From Callorhinchus milii (taxonomy: Eukaryota), in the NCBI RefSeq assembly GCF_018977255.1, contig NW_024704749.1, positions 19,716,001-19,780,000 on the forward strand: a stretch of DNA of 64,000 nt, given 5' to 3'. The notes below the pieces were generated by a model. The model was not told where the DNA came from. It saw only the letters and a list, made by a program, of their open reading frames with translations, and made no database searches. How positions within the stretch are numbered: position 1 is the stretch's first letter; every line of letters starts with the position of its first letter. Below are positions 57,363-64,000 of this stretch, in pieces. A program made the translations under genes and the position numbers.

Positions 57363-60300
57363 ATGTCTGAAAACGAGGATGCTGACGTGGAGGAGCTGTG
57401 GACCTCGCTGGAGAGCTACCGTGCCAAGTTGACCTCGCTGATCGAGCCTTGCCGCATCACCGCCTACCTGCGGCAGTGCAAGGTCATCAACCATGAGGAC
57501 GAGGAGCAGATCTTCAACGACCCAAACCTCGTCATCCGCAGGCGCAAAGTCGGTGGGTGATTTCCCTGCTCCCCAGGCAGTGCTTATTCCCCCCCCACTC
57601 CTCTACCTTTACTCCCCCAACACTCAGCTGGCTCAAGCCTTACATACGTTCCTCGCCCCCTTCGCTCTACCCTCAGCGGCCACACTTTCAGCCTCTACGC
57701 CCGAGACTCTGGAACTCTCCCCTCAATCCATCCTCCTTGTCCTTGACAGACGCTTTGCCTATCTTCAGATCGCACCTGAACACCTTCCTCTTCGACTGTG
57801 CCTACAGTCACCTCCCCCTCCCTCTCCCTGGCTCGGCGTCAGGCTCCACCATTTTAAGCACTAACAGGCACATTGTTAAGGTGCTGTCCTGCGTTGTGTA
57901 TAATACAAGTAGTTGTCTATGAGAGAGCAGCCTCAGAAATTGGAGCTCCTTCCTCTCCCTCTCCCGCGCCCCCTTCTCCCATCACCATTTAATCCGGTCT
58001 GGTCTCTTCACCTACAGATGATGATTAGACCATTCAGCCCCGCAAGCCTGTTCCACCGTGCTATTAAATCATGGCTGATCTGTATCTCATCTCCATTTAC
58101 CTGCCTTTGCTCCATATTCCTTGATACCCTGATCTAACGAAATATCTCTCGAGCACCTGATCAGAGATTCCCTTTATAGAACAGAAATGTCATGCTGGTG
58201 ATTTGCTTCACATGATCCATTAGTTTAATTCCAGTTGCTCGCACTTCTCCATCCACTCGCCCCAAACCACCCACCTTTCACAATCCTCCTTTGAGAACTT
58301 CTGTAATTCCCTATTACAAGAATGTCTAGACAGTGGGTGTGGCTTCAGGGCAAACCAGTGTGTTTTTTCACTGGGTAATTAACCGCGGGCACAGGGTTAC
58401 CAGGAAGGTGGTTGAGGCCAGGACATGGGATTTGTTTAAGAAACCTTAATGGGTAGTTGGTTGAATGGGGATTCTGGAAGGATTTGGGCTGAGTGCTCCG
58501 AGATGGCACCCCGTATGAAGGGCGACCAAAGAGACGTAATACCATTACAATGTCTAATAGGTCTTAAAGAAATTATGATAATTATTAATAATTATTATTC
58601 AAATAAATGGTAGCATGACTTTTTGTTGGATGTGGACGAAAGGTTGGCGTTTCTCTCTCTCCCTCTCTGTGTTGCGTTGCAGGAGTGCTGTTGGATATCC
58701 TGCAGAGGACCGGGAAGAAGGGATACATTGCTTTCCTGGAGAGTCTGGAGCTGTACTACCCTGAGCTGTACAAGAGAATCACCGGCCAGGACCCGACACG
58801 CACCTTCTCCGTCATTCTCGGTACAGGACAACAACCAACACTTGCATTTTACACCGTTTTTGTTTATTATGTTGGAGTAATCTTGTTGTTGTTGGAGTGT
58901 AATCCTGAGGAGGGGGGGCTGGGGGGAGGGAGGCTTTGGGACTGGGTAGATGGGATCCCCCCAATGTCTTGGGTTCTGTGGCTTCCCACCCTCCAGAGGC
59001 TCGAGTTTAAAATCCCCTTCCTCACTTTTAAAGCCCTCCACTGTCTCCCTCCTCCTTACCTCTGCGACGAACTAAGATCACACCAACCTGACCTGCTCCA
59101 CATCCCCGGCCTTGCCAGGCCCACCTTCGAAGAGTCGAACACGTAAACCGCTTACTGCGCTACAGGATTCTAGCGCCAACCCTAACGAACGGCACAAAAT
59201 GGGAGTCTGTCTGTCTGTTTGTTTGTCTGTTCAGATGCAGGCGGGGAGTCCAGCCTGACCCAGCTGCTGATGGCCGAGGTGCAGAAACAGCAGCAGGTGG
59301 TGCTGCAGGAGAAGAAGAAAGTCAACGAGCTGAACAGGCAGGTGGTCAGCAGGGACGAGCTGATCAAACAGCTCCAGGTGAAGGCCAACGAGCTGCTCAA
59401 ACACCAGCAGAGAGTGCGCAGACTGAAGGAGGAGAGCGACAAGTCCTGCGAGGAGCTCAAGAGGTGCAAAGAGGAGAACTACAAGTGGGCCAAGGACTTC
59501 GCAACGCTGAGCGAAGAGAAGAATTCGGTGCTGATGAAGAACCGAGACCTGCAGCTGGAGGTGAGGTGGAGGGGAGCTTAGTGGTGAGAGCGCTTGTCTC
59601 ACCAGCGAGAGGACCCAGGTTCGATTCCCCGGCAGGTTTAGGCAAGTTTCCTTACTCCACGCGCCTCTGTTTAAAAGTAACTGTTAACTGTCTAGCGGTA
59701 AGCAGGAACCTGGTTGTTAGTCGATTGGTGGATCGCTTTACAGGGGTAAAAAAACAGTGCTGTAATAATAATAATTTGGTCACTCAATCCATGACTGTTT
59801 GTGGGACACTGCTGTGCGCAATTAGCTGCCGCGTGCCACGCTTAAAATATACAGCCAAGTCACTTTACAGTATATCCTGTGAAGCGCTTTGAGACGTCTC
59901 AACAGCGTGATATGGCGCTGTATTAAATGCAAGGATTATTGTGTTATTATATTGGGGTGTAGTGGCTGAAAGTGCGGCCACCGATGGTGGAACAGTGGGC
60001 AGGAAAGACAAACAGGAGACTTATGTGGCTTTGAGGATCAACCTGGTGGTCCACCAAATCCTGGGAGGAGAACTTCCTAAAGATACGTTGTGCGAGTGTG
60101 TGTGTGTGTGTGTGTCTCTATGCTTGCAGGTCGAGCGGCTGAAACACAACCTGATGTTGGCCGAGGATGGCTATAAAATGGAGCGGACACACACCATGAA
60201 ACTCAAACACGCCATGGAGCAGCAGCCACGGCAGGAGCTGATCTGGGACGTGCAGCGGGAGAACGACCTGCTGAAGGCCCACATCCAGGAGCTGGAGAAT

Positions 60301-62832
60301 ACCGTCCAGGTACCTAACGGGGTGAGGGTGAGGGTGAGGGGGTGTCTCTGAATCGAGATCAAGAGCAGGAACTCGAGCAGATTTTCCTCACCCTCTGGAA
60401 CACAGGAGGAATCGAGGCTCAGGAGTAGCACAGACTCCAGAACTCAGGACTTTCCGTGACTCACTTCTGCTCTGGGCACCAGAGCCACAGGGGAAACCGA
60501 AACATTTAACAGCTCGCAGTCCCCGTTCTACCCGTTTCTCTTCTGACGGTTGTGGATTACGGAGCCTGAAACACAGAGTGAGGAAAATCACCCAGAGTTC
60601 CTGCTCCTGATTCCTATTCAGAGACCACCTCCCCCCACCCACCCTCTCCCTCCCCACCCTCTCCTCCCTCCACCCCCACCTGCTGGGAAATGCATGTATG
60701 TGTGTTGACAATGTTGACCCCTTTAGTTGCCTGGCCACACATGTGTATGTGCGCATATATGTGTGTAGTGCGTGTGTGTGTGTGCAGGCAGACTGTCAGC
60801 ATGTGTGATCCCGTTGGGTGGGTGTTGATTATCTGGTGCTGTACCCCCATCACGTGGGCTCTGATCTGTGTCCGTTTCTATCTCCTTCGCAAGGTGGACA
60901 AATTGGATAAGAATAAGATGTACATCCAGATCCTGGAGGCAGACCGGCGGCTGGCCCTGGAGGAGCACCAGGGGCTGGTCAACAACATCTACAGTCTCCG
61001 CAAGGAGCTGCGGCAAGCGGAGGAGCTGCGGGACCAGGTACATGGCACCAGACCCATTCCCCGGTGTCCTGGCTATGGGACGTGATAATGTGTGTGTCTG
61101 GCAGTGCTGAAGGTGCTGTTTGTGTGTGTGTGTGTGTGTGAGTGTAGGGCAGCGCTGCGGGTGTGGGAGGGAAGGATGTGATGAGCTGTGTGTGTGTCTG
61201 GCAGTACCTGGAGGAGAAGGAGGTGTTCGAGCTGCAGTGTACCACACTGAGGAAGGATTCGAAGATGTACAAGGATCGGATTGAAGCAATTCTTCATCAG
61301 ATGGAGGAAGTAGGGACAGAGAGAGACCAGGTGATGTACGGCTGTAATCTTTAAACTGAGTGAGTTTAACCCTGCCTCTAGCCCATGCTGTCACTAACCT
61401 GGGAGTGTGGGCGTACAGTTTAGAGGGAGCTCTACTCTGCCTCTCACCTGTGCTGTCACTGACCTGTCTGGATGCTCGTTCTGTTGAGACTCTGGTTTTC
61501 AAATGTAACATGTTGTTGTTGTTGCTGCTGTGGTTGGCGCAGGCACTGCAGGGGAGGGAGGAACTGCTCGGGCAGTACTCACAGAGCCTGCGGGAGAAGG
61601 ACGAGTACCGCAAGCTGCTGCGGGAGCTGGGCGAGCGCTGTGACGAGCTGCACATCCAGCTCTTCAGGAAGGAGGAGCAGCTACTCAGTCTGCAGAACCG
61701 CGTCAAGCAAAGCCAAAGTGCCTCCCCCACCGCGGTACGTACCAGCGCCTATAGCCCCCGGCGCCCAGCCTGGTCCACCCCAGGCTGTGGGGATCTGGGT
61801 GACGCTGCGGGGGTGGAGGGGGTGAAGCACAAGGAGACTTGTGCTGGGAGATGGTTCCACGCGGCCAGCAGTTGTGGCTGACGCTGATCTCAGTTCCACG
61901 GATCGGGGTGGGGTGGGGGAATCACTAAAGTACCTAGTGCTCCCCCACACCCATTGGAAGGTCCTATGTTTGCGTGTGTGTGTGTTGTCATGGTGACTGT
62001 GAGTGGCTGCCACACATCTCTCTGACCATTTATGTGTAAAAACTTGGATCACTGATGAGTGACGCTGATCTTCACATTTCATTGTAGACTTCGGATTTGG
62101 AGGAGTCAGCCTCGCCTTGTGACGCACAGAATGTAAGTCTCTTTCACTCTCTCTCTCTCTCTCTGCAGTCTGTGTTGGGATGGGGATGGGGCGGTGGGTA
62201 ATGAAGCACAAGGAGATTTGAGTGTATTTTCCTAATTTGTTGTTTTTGTGTATTTTCAGCTCGGGGCAGCCGCGGAGAATGCAGCTGAGAAGAAGAATGT
62301 GAAACAGCGAATGCCGAAGATCTTCAAAGACTATCGAAGGTTTGTGTGGAATCTTTTTGAACTTTGTGAAGAATCGATTATATTTGTTCCGAAACCGAGC
62401 GAGCGACGTAAACCCAGCCTCTTTCACAAAGAGCACAGCTCGCCAGTGAGCTCCAGTGCCTGGCTGTGAATGCCAGTGCCTGCCAGTGCTGACCTGTGAA
62501 TGCCAGTGCTCACCTGTGAATGCCAGTGCTCACCAGACCGGGATCTTGGCATGGTTTTACCCTTCCTAGTCCAGACTCAGGCCGATTGTTGCCAATTCCA
62601 AGTGAGAAGCTAACTCAGTTATACCCCAGGGGGTACCTGGGATGGTGGGGGGTAAAGGTTTGTGTTGTGTATCCAGTTTGAGCATTCTCTTGCTTGTGTG
62701 TACAGGAAGCGAGCGATCCGGCTGAACAAACGGAGAGTGCATCACCTCAGCGAGAGGTGTGAGAACACCACAGGCAGCGATAACACAGACACTGACTTCT
62801 CCGAAGGAGATGGGAGAAGCAACGTGCAGTGA
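57363..62832 (+). CDS. CARD9: Caspase recruitment domain-containing protein 9, 10 coding exons, ~515 aa
   Basis: Exons 57363-57552, 58683-58820, 59235-59560, 60130-60309, 60894-61037, 61205-61330, 61543-61734, 62088-62132, 62260-62339, 62706-62832 (1548 nt, in frame). CARD motifs ([21 protein letters not shown]), coiled coil ([16 protein letters not shown]) and the CARD9-type tail [11 protein letters not shown]. No PDZ/SH3/GuK exons, and it is syntenic with SNAPC4. Confidence 0.96.
59572..59940 (+). mobile_element. tRNA-derived Deu-type SINE (long variant) starting ~12 nt after a CARD9 splice donor
   Basis: AGCTTAGTGGTGAGAGC...GGTTCGATTCCC...GTGCGCAATTAGCTGCCGCG...AAATGCAAGGATTATT. Confidence 0.82.
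62452..62533. repeat. Short minisatellite, ~20-nt unit CTGTGAATGCCAGTGCTCAC
   Basis: About three to four imperfect copies in the last CARD9 intron. Confidence 0.8.
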
Positions 62833-64000
62833 AGGGGCTCCAGCCCAGAGACTCAGCACACTGTGTTCACTGTAACTGCCCCAGCCAATGCCCAGTGTGC
62901 TCAGTGCAGTGAACATGTCTTTAATTCAGTATCCTGGCAACAAGACGGAGTCAGGAGCTTTACTCTGTACCTGAGCCATATTGTCACTGATCTGGGAGGG
63001 AGACTGGTGCTGTGGTGGGTGAGCATTGTGAGGTTGTGTGTTGGGAACACTTGTCACTATAAACCGGATCTGAATTTTTAAAAAGAATTACATTTGCCAG
63101 CTCCCTTTCAGGACGGCTGAAAGCACTTGACTGTGGTGTAGTGACTTGTGTGTTTTGTAGGCAAGCGCAGCCACCACATTACGCACAGCAGTACCCCAGA
63201 TTTAACTGAATTAAATGATTGCGTGAAAACGTAAGTAAATTTGAAGTTTGACAACGTGGTGAGTTTGAGTAACAGTTTGTCTGGAGCCTGGGTTAGTATC
63301 TGAGGTGTACTGTTCTTCTCGATCCACTGCCCTACTCGCCTCACCATCTGCGGTCAAGACTTCAGCCTGCCTGCCCTCCCGCAGCACCCACTCAGATAAA
63401 ATATGTAGTTTTCGTTCATTTATTAGACAAATATTTTTTGCTTTACAAAAAAAACTTTTCAAAACCATTTATGCAAACCCTACCCCCCCCACACCACCAC
63501 CCACCCCAGACTGTGACAGGGAACCCACAGGAAGGAGGGTTTGTACAACAGACAAACGGAGGGTGAGGTTGTGACCAGCTGCTCACAGTCACTGGGGACT
63601 AAGCCCGGTTTGCGAGGGGAGCAGAGGTGGAGGGTGGTTTCAGAGTAGGAGTGAAAGAGGCAACGGTTCAATTTGAAGTCTCGCCAGGGAAGAGAAGGTA
63701 GAGGGAGGCGAGGACGGCAAGTGTTGAGGTGCTGGTGAGTGCGGAGACGCAGGGAGGAGTCTAGCTTCACTGCTGGATGCAAAACCTACTGTAATTCAGC
63801 ACAAAATTGTCCCTTTCACACAAGGATGTTGGAAACAACAGTGGGGCTCTCCCGAGGTGAGTAAGGCACTTGTTCCACAGTGGACGAGAGTGAGTTATTC
63901 CATTTTAGAGTGAAGAGGAGGGAGTGAGGTGAGGCCTTGTTTGCTCAGTGTCTCCACATAGCTCTGACGACTGTTCCTGCCTGATCAGTGTCCCTTGCAA

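Noticed and set aside
60723-62436. Minus-strand ORFs of 335 and 251 aa
   Set aside because: They are antisense shadows of CARD9 coiled-coil exons plus (CA)n intron sequence, with no recognisable protein features.
62452-62533. Short direct repeats resembling a CRISPR array
   Set aside because: There are no unique spacers and no cas genes; this is a minisatellite in a vertebrate intron.
57363-62832. Alternative identity as CARD10, CARD11 or CARD14
   Set aside because: It has a CARD9-type C-terminus, no MAGUK-domain exons, and CARD9 synteny.

Overview
Vertebrate genomic DNA, most likely from a cartilaginous fish (inferred from the Deu-type SINE, L2 and CR1 repeat landscape, not proven). The window holds a compact block in the same gene order and relative orientation as human 9q34.3: 3' end of SEC16A (+), INPP5E (+), PMPCA (-), ENTR1/SDCCAG3 (+, head-to-head with PMPCA), SNAPC4 (+) and CARD9 (+). 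I assembled exons by hand from GT-AG sites and remembered human proteins; the five complete genes each give an open reading frame with consistent intron phases. Introns are dense in tRNA-derived Deu-type SINEs, L2 and CR1 fragments, and an unclassified ~600 bp repeat with a terminal hairpin. I see no new multi-gene system. The best leads are the unclassified repeat, a ~470 bp G-tract between the ENTR1 poly(A) signal and the SNAPC4 promoter, an apparent extra PMPCA intron, and lineage-specific features of CARD9 (no Zn ligands, missing linker exons). Comparisons with human sequences are from memory and need database confirmation.
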